Assembly (NCBI GenBank): GCA_030248215.1
Contig: JASANG010001737.1
Span: 1 to 64,000, forward strand
Source: Enoplolaimus lenunculus
Taxonomy: Eukaryota
Reading direction: 5' to 3'
Length of the DNA: 64,000 nucleotides
The position numbers were made by a program, and so were the translations under genes. The notes below the pieces were generated by a model that ran no database searches, was not told the DNA's origin, and was given only the letters and a program-made list of their open reading frames with translations. Of this stretch, positions 50,201 to 64,000 are shown piece after piece (position 1 is the stretch's first letter; every line of letters starts with the position of its first letter).

Positions 50201-53200
50201 GAAGTCCGGATCGTGGGGTGAAGCCTTTTGTCCACAAAAAATGGGAGGGGAGAAGCTAGAAGTCAATATCTTTCCATAATAACGCAGAGTCAGTTTGTTT
50301 ACTTTTTTGACTATTTCTTGTGTAGAAACTGTTATAAAATTTACCGTTTGAAATGAGCTTTATGCTCAAATTTTGTATCGTGACTGTTTCAGCTTCGTTA
50401 TTTTGCTACGCAAACATTTTAATTTGTCAAGAGCGATGATATATTTCAGATAAATCGGATAAAAACGTCAAATGATGAAGACGTTTCTGATCACAATAGG
50501 AGTAAGTATTTATGAACTGTGACAGTCGCGGACAGAATTCAGCGCTCAGTAATCGCCTTTGCGTGTGCGATCGCTGTTTGTAATCGCGTTTGAATCTTTT
50601 GTTTGATAATTCGCGCATAGAGACACGGTTGCAGTTCTGTCCGTGTCTGTAGCGATCAGTGTAAAATTTAGCAGCAGTGTGGCTTGGACATGGCTTTGTT
50701 TTAGAACGGTATATACTTCATGTAAAAATTTTCGAATGAGTGAGACATTGTGTGGCCCTTCTAGAACGTGGCAGGTCCATTTTACAAGTTATTAAATGTG
50801 AAATCTGTCCGTATTTTTAACTTACATTTAAATTTTCAAGGTAAGTGCAATGTATATTTTCTGTCCTTTGAAGCCGCCTTCGGTTAGAATTTTGAAACGA
50901 TTTGGTAGGTAGTATACAGACGCTGTTTACCAGCATAATATTCTAAAATGGTAGTGGTCACTTCGTTGGAAGGAGACGAAGGTCGACTTTTTGTTTGCAG
51001 GGAGTTCTAAAATAAATTTTTTAATTTATTTCGCAACTTCATTCATGTTTAGGCTTTTTCAATCAGTTGGCAATCGCGTTATCGTTGTACTCAAACGGGC
51101 GTAAAATTATGTCTTTTGAGCGTCGCTCGGGCTCATACGATTTCATTCATGGAATGCGGTTCCTCAGTATGGCGTGGGTCATTTTGGGACATACTTATTT
51201 CTTCATGTTTCTGTTTTCAGGTATTAGTTGTTTTCAAATATTAGTTTTATAGACTGCAGTTTAAGTCTTGCATACTGATCATAACTACCTTCAGGTTCAT
51301 CGTCCAAATTAACAGTAACCGGTGTTTGCGTTTGTTGCTTTAGTTTTTTAAGATGATCTCTTTGCTGTTCTAAGTGTTGAATCTGCCGATTTAATAGTTT
51401 CTGTTGTCTTGAGTAGTTGGCTGCACGCTATTTGAGTTCCGCGTTCTGGCTATAAACACTACGTTCGGCTTAAGATTCGAAATCATATCCAAAACTGGAA
51501 ATTATAATTATTTGATTGTAGTACTATAAGTTTCCTGAAAAACGTGTTACTATGAATTGTAATTGCTTCGGCAATCACCACTCGTAGAAAATAATCGGAC
51601 GTTCCTGGACTGGTGACTACAGTCCAAGAACGTCTGACGAGACACCCTTTAGCGGCAAGCCGGGGGATACATGCAAGTTTTATATAGCGCCCTCGTTGTC
51701 GAAAATCTCTGTTTCATAGAAACTAGCAAGATAACGAAGTTCTGCGGACGTAGGTTTTTTGATACCCCATTTTTACTTGTTTCCAAAGGGTAACGCTGGA
51801 TAAATCTTTACACTTGAACGTAACAATTTAGAGTATATTCTAAACATGTCTATTAGGTGCAGTGTGTGTACATGTACAACAAGATGCGACAGGTTATCCG
51901 GCTGCGAAGTTGCAAAAAATTGAAGCCATGCTTTATTTAGGTACAATAACGCTGGAAACCCTGATAAAGACTACCAGTGTTATTTTAGGTACCTAACAGC
52001 ATTTTAGCGTATTCCGTAGCCTAAACCTCAATGTAAAAAGAAGTCTAAAATTAAGCCTAACTATAAGCGAAAGTAATAGCCTTCGTCCTAAGCCTACATT
52101 ATTTTATAGTACCAGGGAAAACCGGATGACCTTAAAAATAATATGTGCCATGCAAATATTGTAACGGAACTCAACGCTAGAAAAAGAGAATAGTTGAATA
52201 GGGTCTTGGTAAGCTTACCGTGAACAAATCCCCCGCTATTCTACGTCCTCGCTTGTTGTTGGTAACTTTTCCTAAGGTAAGAAAGATGATAGCATTGTCA
52301 TGAAATTGTTGGCAGTTTATTTACTTTTTATTGATCGACAGCTAATTGGTTTGGTTTGTTTTAGATAACACAGCACTCACTGCGCTAGATGTTTTGAAAC
52401 AGTTTGCATTTACAACGATAGCGAATGGATCATTTTCAGTTGATACCTTTTTTCTGATCAGGTACAAAGCTTAATATGGTCATATTCTCTGAGTAGATCG
52501 GGTACTATGAAATTCCTGTAACAGCTACCCATAGAATTCATTATTTTATTGCTGTTACACCTGAATTAACGGTACTATTTAGTACAATGGTTGAAGTCTA
52601 AACTGGAGAACATTGCTTGTTTTGAAAAGGGGGTGTTCTTGTATAAGCATTAATACATTAGTCCGTAGGGTTCTGGTCCAGACAAAGCTTTAAAACCAAT
52701 GTTACTTTATGGGCTGTAGTGGTAACCTTAGCTTATTCGTAAAACTCAGCATAAAAGTAAGTCCAACCCTAAGACTAAGCTTAAGCTGTCGGTAAACCGC
52801 TACGCACTTAAAAGTAACATGGGTTACATTGTTGTTATGAGACTTTAATGGCCGTTTATCTGAAAAGTAATGCTGCTTAAGTTATGGATGTGAATGTTTC
52901 AAAATTTTCGGGCGCGAAGGTTCAACATTCCCAGATTTTTCCTTTCGAAAATTTGTAAAATTACGCAGGAAGAATCGCAATTGCGAAACATCCGCTACCG
53001 CGGGTGAGAATTTGAGAGTGTTGGTGGGATACATGATGGCTTGGTCGGCGTACCGCTTTCTAAAACCGATTTTGGACTCAAGTCATTCTACTTTAGCCCT
53101 TATACACATTGAGTACACTAAGATCAATTAAATACAAATAGTCTATTAGCAATACATTTACATAGAATGTCAGGTCAGTGTTTAACATTGTTACATGTTT

Positions 53201-56200
53201 GTGTAGCGTAAAATCTCCACAGGACATGAGCGTTACCTACGCCCCAGTGGTCATGATAAACGACTTCCACCGCAAGACTAGATTTCGAAATCCGTCTTGA
53301 AATCAGATGAAATGAAAATATTCATGTGATAAAGTGTTAATCGTTACTATTTTCTAATGCAATGTTAATGAAACCAGCCCGAAAGTCATCCCTAGTTGCA
53401 GTTGCACACAACTAGTAAACCAGGGACATGTAGTGAAATTCGTACGGATTACGGTTTCAAAGATTTCAGTTTTTATGGCAAAGTTTTCGTAATTTTTTCT
53501 ATGCCAATTTCATATACTACATACTTGGTGTGGATACATTTTAGTATTATATGCGTTTCTATTTTTAGCGGATTCTTACTGTGTGCGCTTTGGCTACGGG
53601 AAACCGATAAGCGTAATGGTGAAAATATTAAATCGCCTGCTACATGGATTATATTTTACGTTCACCGGTATTTAAGGTAATGATTTACAAAAATTGTTGG
53701 AGGCCCGTAGTTAGCCCAATGTATATACTAAAGGAAGCAGAAAAATTTGGAGGAACATACGACGAGTGTGTGTGATAATTTACCATCGAGTCAAAACTTT
53801 TGCAGGGGATACGAAAAAATCGAGCTGGATGAACCCTCCGAAGCTACGGAGCGGTATTTCGAAGTTGCTTAATTTTATTGTAAGATGTCATTATTTAACT
53901 AGACATTGCGTTACTTGAAATGTGGAAGTACCGTAAGATGTTGTACCGCAGAAATGGTTCTTACGACACTTCGATGTTTTTAACGCGTATGACTTTTATG
54001 GGATATTCTGAATTACTTTCAATTATTGAATATCCAGGTTCGAAATTGTGCATCGATGTTAAGGAAATTGGATTTGGTGATATGTTACGCTGGTTTTCGT
54101 GATAAGGGGTTAGGAGTCAAAACCTACTTTTGAGGTTTGGCCAGGGGCTTTTGGGATTTTTAGGTCGGTACCACAAGAAACTTCTTTAAATTTTTGTAGG
54201 CCGTGACCACCGTTCCGAAATGCTGGTTACGCTCATGCTAGTTTTTTGCATTGTTTCAGATTGACCCCTGTATATATGATTATTATTGCAATTATTGTTG
54301 CGTTATTTCCGTATACAACCGACGGCCCGTTATGGCCTCGCAATAGCGCCGAGTACGAAGACTGTAAATATTGGTGGCGCAATTTGCTGTATATCAATAA
54401 TTTTTTCTCGTCACAAACAATGGTAAGTCTGCTAAACCATAATGAACCAGTCTTTTTCGTTCAAGTGAGTAAGTAAATATTCAAACTTAGGGTTACGGTG
54501 ACATGCAAAAGTTTGGTGTGGCAGGCATGATGTGTCTTTAAATTTTCTGGCAAATTAAATGGACAGTAAACGTCACTCATCTTAGGGTATGAGCATTCGT
54601 TTCCTTAAGTTAAAATTTGATCTCAGATGTGACAGAAAGTATTTATAGGTTAAAGGGTTTAATTGGGATAAAGGATGTATGGTTTATTTTTTACTTTCAT
54701 GGAACATTACGTGCTTGTCTAATATTGTTATATCAAATAGACGTCATGTTTTACATGCGCTAGACATCTGGAATGCCGAACAGCAGTTTTCTTAACTAAA
54801 ATTTTTTGGCGTAATGAAAAATTTAGAATGTTTAATTAGTCATTTGGTTTATGAGTTTTGGCCGCGACATATGAATCCTTAGGAAAAAACCGAAACTTTA
54901 TTCACCGTAGTTGCTGATTTTTTGTTATTATTGCATTTTGCATGTAATGTAACTCTTGTTTATATTTCAGTGTCTTGGTCAAACGTGGTATTTAGCGAAC
55001 GATATGCAATTTTACTGGTTGTCTCCGATTCTTCTCGTAACGTTGTGGTTGTAAGTATAAAAAAACTCCTTTTTTACAGCGGTGGGCGTAAGGTAAGACG
55101 AATGCAAGTAATGCTCTCATTTGTGAAAACTAACGTATTATATTCTGTGTGGAAGCCTGAAATGTTTTCGAGTTTGTGGCCAATTTAAGAACCACAGCAA
55201 GTAGGCTGTCACAAAGACAATAAAATTTGTATTTCGGTATTTTGAAAGGTTTTTATTGTGGTTGTTTTTGGCTAAATGAAAAATGCTTACTTTTTGTACT
55301 ATCACTATATAGTGCTCGCGTTGAAGTGGCTCCTGTCGTTATTGGACCCGCTTCTGTGCCTCTGTTACCGTCTCTGATAAAGTGCCTTATCTGTACATGC
55401 ATGGTGTTGTGTGTATTGAATAGTTGCAGATTTCTGTTGCGACTTTATTTTATTCTGCTTTTCAGTTTTTGGCCAATTGCTGTGTTGATTGCCAGTGTCG
55501 CGATAATCGTTCAAATGGTTCTTGCTGGGTATTTTACTGTTCATCCAGGGTAAAACATTTGGAGCATTTTTGTTTTAACAAGAGCCATTTTTGTTTGTTT
55601 AGACAGACAAGAGTGTACAGCTTTGCGCATCATTGTACGGCGCAGTTTGCAGCAACACGTAGTGATTTTATGGTTGACCACTAATCTATTTTTGGAAATA
55701 TCTCGTTTAATTTTTACAATACGATGGTATTAATCCGAAAAGGCTAAATTTATGCAACTATAATCAATGCTTCCAAGATATATGCATCATTTTTGGGGAT
55801 CGACTTTAATGAGCTTTTGCACTCTAGTGGAATTTATATTATTATCTGTGTTATTTGTCGCGTAGAGGACAATAATTGTTTTAAAACTATTGAAGGACTT
55901 AACAACTTTGTAATAATTTCGCCTAGAAAGTATTGAAAAACTTGTAAAAATCAATAGCCCTACTAAAAAAGTTGTTGGAAGGAAAAATTATTGCGGGTTT
56001 CCAGCCCTCAGCCGCCTGTTACAATAAATTATGGTGCTGTCCGCATATTATGATTGTTGATTATAATTTTAGAAATACAGATGCTCAATGGAACATGGAT
56101 TATGTTTATATTCGTCCTTATATGCGATGTGGAGCGTATATTTGGGGTATATTGACTGCATATTTCCTATACCGATATCAAAAGACGTACCATCAATATA

Positions 56201-58199
56201 AAATTCCGCAAGTGAGATGAAACTTTTCAAGTTTTTTAAAAAATAGCAAGCAATTTAGTAATTACCGCGGCTGAGTTATGCTTAAATTTTTTCGCATACA
56301 ATTCATTCTTTGCTGACTTTTTCGTGGAAAATGGTGAAAAGTATAATTTCGGGCAATATTCTGTGGACACCGTGAAATAAGGTATTTTATTTGGCGGCAA
56401 TGTAATCAGAAAAGAAGATACGAACTATGTAGAGAACTCTTCCGTATGGCTTCAATATTAAAAATAACTTTAAAATAATTTCACGCCTCTTGATCGCAGT
56501 AATTTTTTGTTGTGAAATAGGTTTAATCAGTTTCCAAAATTAAATCTGTCAGATTTTCAGAAATTTTTTAACATTTAAAGTTAAACAGTATTTGTCAGTT
56601 TGTAAATACTGACGTGATTACATTTTCAGTGTACTATTTGATTCAATAAATTTGTCTTGACTTCAGTTTTAGATCGTGCTAGTTGCTGGCTGGATTGTAA
56701 GTATTGCTGCTTTGTCCGGTCTTGTTTATGGCTATTATCCAGTGATTTCTCAACATACTGCCTGGTCTGAAGGGCAAGTTGGGTTCTATCAGGGTACAAA
56801 TCGTGTGTTTTGGGCGATGGCGCTGTCATGGTTTTTGTTCGCGTGCGCAACCGGTAACGGAGGTAAGCATTGTGAGTGAACCTGGTTCAGGTCATGGTTT
56901 TGCGTTTTCAAGCTTGACGTAGGTTTTGATTTCGTGTAACGTTTGGTACTTTTTCAAGATGATGTACACAAGGCAATAATAAAGGTAGCATAAATATATA
57001 TCTCAAGTATAATTCATAGATTGATTGCCCGATATGGTTGCAGTGAATGAAGGTGTCATAATCTGATTGCATCAAGTCATGGGTGCTAGCATAAGGGGCC
57101 ACTTAAGGGCCCTGTCCCGATGTTTGCCCATTGTTTTTCCTAAATCGCTCGGTGCCCGTTGTATAAATTAAATGAAGTACGCTTAAAACAAGACATCGCA
57201 TGGTAAAGTTGGAGAAAGATTCAGGCCTCGCTAACACTTTTTGTGCTATGCGAAATTATGTATGTAAGTTGTATACTCATCTTATCATCAACATTATTTG
57301 ATAAAAATCATTTTATTGTTTGGAATTTCAATGTAAAACCATTTTAAATAATACTAATTTAACCATTGTGAAATCATGATTTCATTTTGGTTTTAGGCCT
57401 AATCAACACGTTTCTAGCGTGGCCTGGATGGTTTCCAGCTAGTCGTTTAACGTATTGCGCGTACCTGTTGCATATGAAAGTAATGATAATGCAAGCATTT
57501 GGCACAGATCAACCGCTTCATTATTATTCTCCAGTGACTTCGGTAAGCAATATTCAGAGCGGGAACCCATCGAATCTTTGGTGTCAACTGCTTGAGTGTA
57601 TGTGTTTTGACAGTTTCCCCGGCATAGGAATACGGCTCATGCAAAGGTTTAGGCTTAGGGTGCAAAGGTTTAGGCTTAGGGAGCTTTTCCTAAGAGTAAA
57701 TGTGTGGCAAAGTGGACAAAGCCCACAAGCCTACACGTCATGGTGCAAATGGAATTTCGATTAAGCTTGGAATTCGTATTCCTATTGTGATTCCGATTGC
57801 AGAGAATGAGGTTGTGCACTACTGCAGTGAAGTATAATTCGTGCCGCCCTATTATTTTGTGTTTTTCAGATTTTGTATTTGCTCGCCGGCAATCTGTTGA
57901 TCACTTACCTAGCCTCTTTCGTATTCAGTATTTCATTTGAAGCACCGATAATGAATATTGAAAAATTAATCACTTCTCTAATTGTGAAATCCGGTAGCAC
58001 ACGACATCAAATTAGAGCTGGTGTGATGGAACGGTCCAATCCGGCCGCTCGCGAGGGTCCACTTGCGGAGAGGGAAAACGGAATTTGTAATTCAGCTGAA
58101 CCAGTGGTAACGTCTGAGCAGACATTAGATACAGAAAAAATACCGGATACAGATATCTTGACTGATAATGATGTTTTAGCAAAGGATAGATTGGTATAG
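43882..58199 (+). CDS. NRF-6 / oac family O-acyltransferase (NRF domain + Acyl_transf_3), 16-exon spliced model, 778 aa
   Basis: Motifs DSYGKLP...LG.W.EC, CLPASC, IHGMRFLSMAWVILGH, SVDTFFLISG, HRYLRLTP, WRNLLYINN, WYLANDMQ, SRLTYCAYLLH and FEAP; all junctions in phase (2337 nt). Confidence 0.93.
45162..45535. mobile_element. hAT-like MITE copy, followed by an inverted partial copy (45577-45689)
   Basis: Homologous to 6045-6448; sits in an (AT)n tract inside another MITE starting at 44821. Confidence 0.88.
45705..46163. repeat. 230-bp near-perfect tandem duplication
   Basis: Sequence from 45721 matches sequence from 45951. Confidence 0.92.
46322..46436 (+). CDS. NRF-6-like exon 2
   Basis: FDSYGKLPSAILGGNKYALGSWQECRKV. 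Confidence 0.92.
47786..47910 (+). CDS. NRF-6-like exon 3
   Basis: FKGQYSRAM...GVCLPASCNMTDV. Confidence 0.9.
48973..49060 (+). CDS. NRF-6-like exon 4
   Basis: RISSSLTFTFAQTYGSFSIWNSSKATAT; CAG / GTAAGT, in phase. Confidence 0.72.
49901..50000 (+). CDS. NRF-6-like exon 5 (first TM)
   Basis: VLFCIFSSILIVWLVVLCLVTLYDV. Confidence 0.85.
50450..50501 (+). CDS. NRF-6-like exon 6
   Basis: INRIKTSNDEDVSDHNR; TTTCAG / GTAAGT; needed to restore phase. Confidence 0.72.
51053..51220 (+). CDS. NRF-6-like exon 7
   Basis: LSLYSNGRKIM...IHGMRFLSMAWVILGHTY. Confidence 0.95.
52365..52461 (+). CDS. NRF-6-like exon 8
   Basis: FAFTTIANGSFSVDTFFLI(S). Confidence 0.94.
53569..53676 (+). CDS. NRF-6-like exon 9
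   Basis: GFLLCALW...WIIFYVHRYL(R). Confidence 0.94.
54260..54422 (+). CDS. NRF-6-like exon 10
   Basis: LTPVYM...DGPLWP...CKYWWRNLLYINNFF. Confidence 0.95.
54971..55050 (+). CDS. NRF-6-like exon 11
   Basis: CLGQTWYLANDMQFYWLSPILL. Confidence 0.95.
55466..55549 (+). CDS. NRF-6-like exon 12
   Basis: FWPIAVLIASVAIIVQMVLAGYFTVHP; donor position less certain. Confidence 0.75.
56073..56211 (+). CDS. NRF-6-like exon 13
   Basis: DYVYIRPYMRCGAYIWGILTAYFL. Confidence 0.93.
56673..56862 (+). CDS. NRF-6-like exon 14
   Basis: AGWIVS...FYQGTNRVFWAMALSWFLFACATGNG. Confidence 0.94.
57397..57542 (+). CDS. NRF-6-like exon 15
   Basis: LINTFLAWPGWFPASRLTYCAYLLH. Confidence 0.94.
57870..58199 (+). CDS. NRF-6-like exon 16 (terminal)
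   Basis: TYLASFVFSISFEAPIMNIEK...DRLV*. Confidence 0.92.
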   Translation: MLYLLAGNLLITYLASFVFSISFEAPIMNIEKLITSLIVKSGSTRHQIRAGVMERSNPAAREGPLAERENGICNSAEPVVTSEQTLDTEKIPDTDILTDNDVLAKDRLV

Positions 58200-58634
58200 G
58201 TGCTGCGGGATGCAGTTAAATATTTGTGATGTACGTACATACCTCTATTAATCTTCGTAGCCAGATAAAAATGCACTATGTTAGCGCTAGAGGAAACTTT
58301 CCCAAACTGTCGGAATGGGAAATGGACAAGCGTTTGTGCATATAAGGTCTTAAGCATCGGTTAGGTTTATGCTGGGTTCACGTTATAACTATGGCAGCGG
58401 AAAACTCGTTTTGTCCCTATTACCATACAGGGTAACATTTTGTCTGCTACTTGATCCGCTATCAAATTCAAAAGATTTGCATTGTCTGCTATCCTGATGT
58501 GACATCTACGTATACTTTTTGTACTATGGTATCATAGACGAAATATTGTCTGTCAGTCTCATATATGTTTGAAAATGTCTGCAAGTTGTAGTAAAAGTAC
58601 ACTATTTTGCTTGTCCTGTAGAATATCATATAAA

Positions 58635-59007
58635 CATGGTGCAACCGGAATTCCGGTTCCGGCATTTTTTCACCTTCCGGTTCCGGTAAAGTTTTACCGG
58701 ATTTAAAAATTCCGGTGTTATAATTTGGCCGTTTTCTTAACTTTGCTAATTTTTAAGATTCTCTTTTGAAAGCCACTTGTACTCCGAATATACGCCATTG
58801 ATGGTGGATTTCACTTCAGTTGACGACGAAAATCTAAAATACAACAAATAAAATAAATACCTATGTTCGACTAAGGTTGTTTCACAAATAATAGAGCAAA
58901 AAATACGATTAAAATGAAATTTTTGGTGAAATGCAGTTTTCACTTTCCGGTTCCGGTAAAATTTTCAAATTCCGGTTCCGGTAAATTGTAATTCCGGTTG
59001 CACCCGG
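58635..59007. mobile_element. hAT-like MITE copy (reverse orientation)
   Basis: Homologous to 6045-6448; TSD CATATAAA/CATATAAG. Confidence 0.88.
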
Positions 59008-62000
59008 CATATAAGACTAATGTTTGCAATTTGTATTATTCGCACTTATAAATATATCTTAAGAAAATTTTCGCCATAAACAGAAACGTAGAAGTTAATT
59101 CAGCGTTCGAAATCCTTTAATGTAACGAATAACATTTTGCTATTTTATCAAAGTACAAATTGCGTTGTCCTGCATAGCATCATATTTAGTGCAATTTTGG
59201 AATATCATGTGATATTTACATAAATTTCACGTGTTATCGTATGACACATGGTTATTTGTATACAATGATCGCTTAAGATCAATGATTTGTAAGCCAATAT
59301 CTTGTGACATTTGCATTTTGTCGCATTCCCCACTATTTAGGCCGCAAAATTTTATGTTGACGTCGAACCATCATCGGGCAAAATGTGTTCCATGCTGCCC
59401 CAGTTATAATGTGAACCCCGAATTATATGTTTCGTTCCCATGACTTAATTTATACATCGGCTCAGTTTCGTAACTATTAGCACTGCCAGAAGATTAAACA
59501 TCTCATCCGGGTTACTTTGTTACATTTTTATTTTTTTAACTTTTTCACAAAACTACACCGCAGTAAAACAATTAACAGCTGTTTTATGTTACATTTAGTC
59601 GAGCGGCATCTTTAATGGATTCACGTTGAGCAATTAATTTTAAATTCTTTTCAGTTTTTGATGTACTGTATGATGTATGGTGACCTGGGTAAGAGAGGGG
59701 CTGATATTTATTTGCCTTTCCAGTTCTTTTGCTCTAAAGCATTTTTGTTCATTGCCAGGGTGCAACCGGAGGTGAAAAATGCCGGAGCCGCCGGAGTTCA
59801 ACGAAACTTGCCGGAGCCAGAGGTAAGGCGAAATTTAGTAAAAATGATGGTTAATTAGTTAATCTTAGCCAATATCTGAAAAATGTTGTTAAGTTGTTTG
59901 GTTTCACGCTAATTTTCTGCCAAATTTCGGCAATTCTTTCAAGAAAATTTTGACAAGTCAATCTAAACGCGCTAAACAGATAAATTTAAGAAAATTATGC
60001 AAAATTTTACCACCAAAATTGGCGGAACCTCCGGCAAAAATTCTACCACCCGGAGGCCGATTTTCTGCCGGAGGCAGACCTCCGGTTGTACCCTGGTGCA
60101 ACCGGAAGTGAAAGTGTCGGACCGGGCGTCCACACAACTTTGCGGCGGTGAAATGAAAGAGGCAGTTTAATTTTTTTTAATTTTAGCTTGGTTTTATAGT
60201 TTTTTCAGAAATCCAGACGATTTTTCCTAAAAATTAATCAAAACTTACAGCCAAGCGCACCAAACCATACAACACAACGTTTACGAGGGAGGTCTTAGAG
60301 TGTCTGTTACTTTTTTGAGCAATCTTGGCCACGCTTCTATTTTGTCTCTGATGGACTTTAATTACAATTTATGGACTTATTCACTACAGTATCTAGATTT
60401 TAGCGGTATTGAAGTTTTGTACCACTTCGCCGACGCACAGAATAGAAATATTTGATCCTTATACAGTAGGAATCGAATTACGATGTAATCTGAGTTAAAA
60501 TAAGTTTACTCAGTTCACACTCCGTTTAATGCCCTATATGCTGTTTATAGTTGAGTGCACATTGGGAGTTTCAGGCTTATGTTTATGCTTACGCTTAGGT
60601 GGAGGGGCCAGTGTTATACTTTAACTGTCCTCCCGTTTTTCGAGGGGTCAGCAAAAGGCCCGGAGTGCAACGGTATATTACCAGTTACCACTGCTGCACC
60701 TGACAGCTTCGAACCTCTGTTTTGCAGGAACAGCGGGGCATCTTTGAGCATAAGTTTTCGTTGGGCCGGTATCTGCGTTGGCTGTGACAGCTTGGAGGTT
60801 GTGTTTTCGCTGGGTTGTTCGGAACAGCTTCGATACTTTTCGCTGAATTGAGGGGATAGCTTCGATCTTATGTTTTAGCTGGTTCGGTTGGAACTGCCGG
60901 GGCAGCTGCGAGCGTAGGTCTACACTGGTTCCTAAGTCTGCGCATGAGTTTCAGACTAAGTTTCAGCCTTGTCCCAGGTCGACGCTTATATGTCTGGCTT
61001 AAACCTTACCCTGTGCCTACGGCTATGGCTATAGTTTGATCCTAATCCCAAGCCTAAGTCGAATGTTACGCTTAAAGCCTAGTCCTTAGCCTTAGCTGAA
61101 AAGCTATGCCTACAACCTAACATAGGCTAACAGTTTCAATTATGGGTGTGAAATGATCAGGGCCCTGTCATGAGAAGCTCAAATATTCAAAAATTGTCAA
61201 AATCCCACCATTTTTAGTAAACACCGGCTGGGGTATGGATAACCGAAAAGACCCAAAAACTGTAACACCGGATGGATAATATTGCAAATTTACATCTATC
61301 ATCGTGAAAACTAGGTCGTTTGCTGTTTCTTATAAAAAATTTTAGGTGGGTAAACATCAACAAATGTTCGCTCACACCTTAAAATTCTTCTACCAGCGGG
61401 TATACGCGTATCAAAAGGTTCTTACCCGGCCCACGTTTACCCGTGGGTAGCGTTGCAGGTCTGTTGTACCTTAACATTATTTACCACTTTTAGAAAGCTG
61501 AAAGCAAAAGAGAATGCTAGTTTGTTGTTTACAATAAATACACAGATGAGATCACACTGTGCAACCGGATGGTCTGTGTCAGGTTCCGACAACAATGAAC
61601 CACCGGTTTCTGTTTTGTGTAAAATTTTTCCGTGTCACCCAGCAGTTTTTTAATAGCAAAATTTTTTCAGATGTTTATAAAAGTTGTATTGTTCAGTGAC
61701 ATTTGAGTTTGTTTATTGAAACTTTATTCCAGTTTTTGTCAAATGCTCGGATTTCGCAAAAAAAGCTCACAATAAGTTTTGACCAACGCTTTGCAGTATT
61801 GTTAAACTTAGAAAATCCAACATCATTTTACTTAAGGTGGCAACCGGATGTGAAAAAAACAGAACCAGAACTGGAAAGCAACCGATTTTGCTGAAAGGTA
61901 AACAAAATTAGACAACTATAAATGACGTTAACTCAGCTAAATTTAACAATCAACCCGTTTTGTCCTGTCAAAAGTTTATTTTGAACATTTTGACAGGAGC

Positions 62001-64000
62001 CGCAAGTCGATCTCCTCACCGATACCGGAAGCACCGTTTGTTTTCTGCCGAGTATGGTCTTGGATCCGGCACTATTTCTCACTGCTACGTGTAACCTGCT
62101 TGTTTGCCACCGTTATTGGTGAAAGCAAAATTATATCTCTCTACACCTACAATAATGATTTATACACCATACAGCGCTCAGGGTAACTAAATGCACGTGA
62201 TATTCACGTTTATATTGTCGATACAGGACATTTTCAGTACACATGTCCTTGTAGCAAAGTGCATGAGTACCAATGAGTATTGGTAGTCTATGTATGCCGT
62301 GCTGAATCATGGTTGATTAAATAGGTGTATACAGTTTGTAGCTATTACATAGAGCTTTTGGTAGGTTTACGAGCTGGAATTATGTCGGTAGCGCGTGGTT
62401 AGGCGTCTAGCGTTTAGTTTTTGTGTTTTTCAGGTTTAAAAATCCGTTTTGCCAGCGAAGTTATAGTTTTCAATATTTCCTGACATCAACTTTCCAGTTA
62501 TATGAAATTTTGTCCGAAACCAGGAAACCACACTTGTGAATATTTGTTTGGTTGTAATAAAAGCTAATAGACAGTTTTGTTCTGGATGATACCCATCGTT
62601 TCTTGTATTCAAATTTCATAGAATATTAAGCTGCATTTTAGCAACTCGTCCGTCCGTTTGTCCGAAAAGAATCTCAGGAGCCGCTGAACCGATTTTGATA
62701 AACTTTTTTGTTTGGAAGCCTGTTATCCTGGGGTGTGAATCTCACATTGGTGTTTTAAAATATTAAACCGTTTGTTAGCTACAGGCTAATTTGCATAATT
62801 CGTTAAGCCTAAATTGGGACTACTTTAGATATTTCACTAATTATTACGGTTACAAGCAATCTAATTTTACCAATAAAGGGATTTTGGGCGCGCGGAATCT
62901 AAATAAATTGTCTACATACCTACAGAAACGATAAATTCTGTAGTTATCTAATAGCTACTTTGCATATTTGATAAGCCTAAATTAGGGCTTTGCAATATTT
63001 CACTAATATTTCGGGTTACTGAAGGATTTTTGGGTGCGAAGGATCTGAATAAATTATTCAAAAACCTCCAAACCCGATAAATGAATAGTTAGCTAATAAG
63101 TAATTTGCATATATGCTTAATTGCTTTTCGCTCAATACATGTAGTCCCATTACGACTGGTACACTTATATAGCGTTTTCTAAGTAGGACGGTCACACCGT
63201 TACGTTATAACTTGGGCAACCTGGAACACGTTTTGTCTCTATAACAATCGGGGCTAACATTTATCTGCACGTTAATCTGCTGTCAAATTTTGAAACTTGA
63301 GTTGTTTGCTATCCTGATGTGACGTTTACTGTTCATACTGCAAGTACTTATATGATATTCGAAATATTGGCTGCAATATTATGAAATGTTTGACAGTGTC
63401 TGGAAGTGGAACGTTGTGGTAAGCTAGCCTGAATGCCATGTAAACGTTATATATGATGCTAAACTTTGATATTTGAATTTGTTATTCGAAAAATATTTAT
63501 CGAAAATTTCCGTCAAAAACAGGAACATAGGAGCTAATTCAGTATTCGAAATCATTTAGTCTTACGTCAACTAAACTTTCACTATTTTATTAACTGTCTA
63601 CACTTTGTCCTGCATACTATCATGTGATATTTATCAGAATTTTGGAATAAACTCGAGAACAATGATTTGCAAGCCACTGTCATTTGGCATTCACATTTTG
63701 TTGTTCATACCCACCATTTAGATTATATTTTATGTTGACGTCGCATCAACGTAGGCACATGTTGCGAACTGCCCCAATTATAACTTGAATACCACCACCA
63801 CCACATCACCGTTTATCCATTGAATCCAGGATTTTAGATTTGAATCAAGGGTAGACAGACTTGATTTTGGGGAACATGTTCATTCTGCCGCTACATCGCA
63901 TACTCCTGCATCATTTAATATCCAAATTTGAATTTTTAAAAAATTCGTTTTTAAAGCCCCAAGGTTTCCCCTTTTATACCTTTCGACTGAGCTTGGTAAG

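Overview
AT-rich, intron-rich eukaryotic DNA, most likely a nematode (abundant TTAGGC telomere-type hexamers, a GLR-1/2-like receptor, TTTCAG/TTTTAG acceptors). Two divergently transcribed multi-exon genes were rebuilt by hand with phase-consistent GT-AG junctions. (1) Minus strand, ~28378 to 5536 (possibly 4127): an AMPA-type ionotropic glutamate receptor subunit with 19 well-supported exons (920 codons) plus an uncertain last exon; it carries His instead of Gln at the pore Q/R site. (2) Plus strand, 43882-58199: an NRF-6/oac-family O-acyltransferase with 16 exons (778 aa). Introns and the 15.5-kb intergenic region are packed with small non-autonomous elements. The most notable are a miniature LTR retroelement (TRIM) whose LTRs carry a tRNA-like Pol III cassette, with a tRNA-Gln PBS and a PPT, and an adjacent related solo LTR with a 5-bp TSD. 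Also present are GGCC-ended MITEs carrying telomeric TTAGGC cores and TTAA-flanked MITEs carrying tRNA-like boxes. Most ORFs in the supplied track are spurious or partial exon read-throughs.
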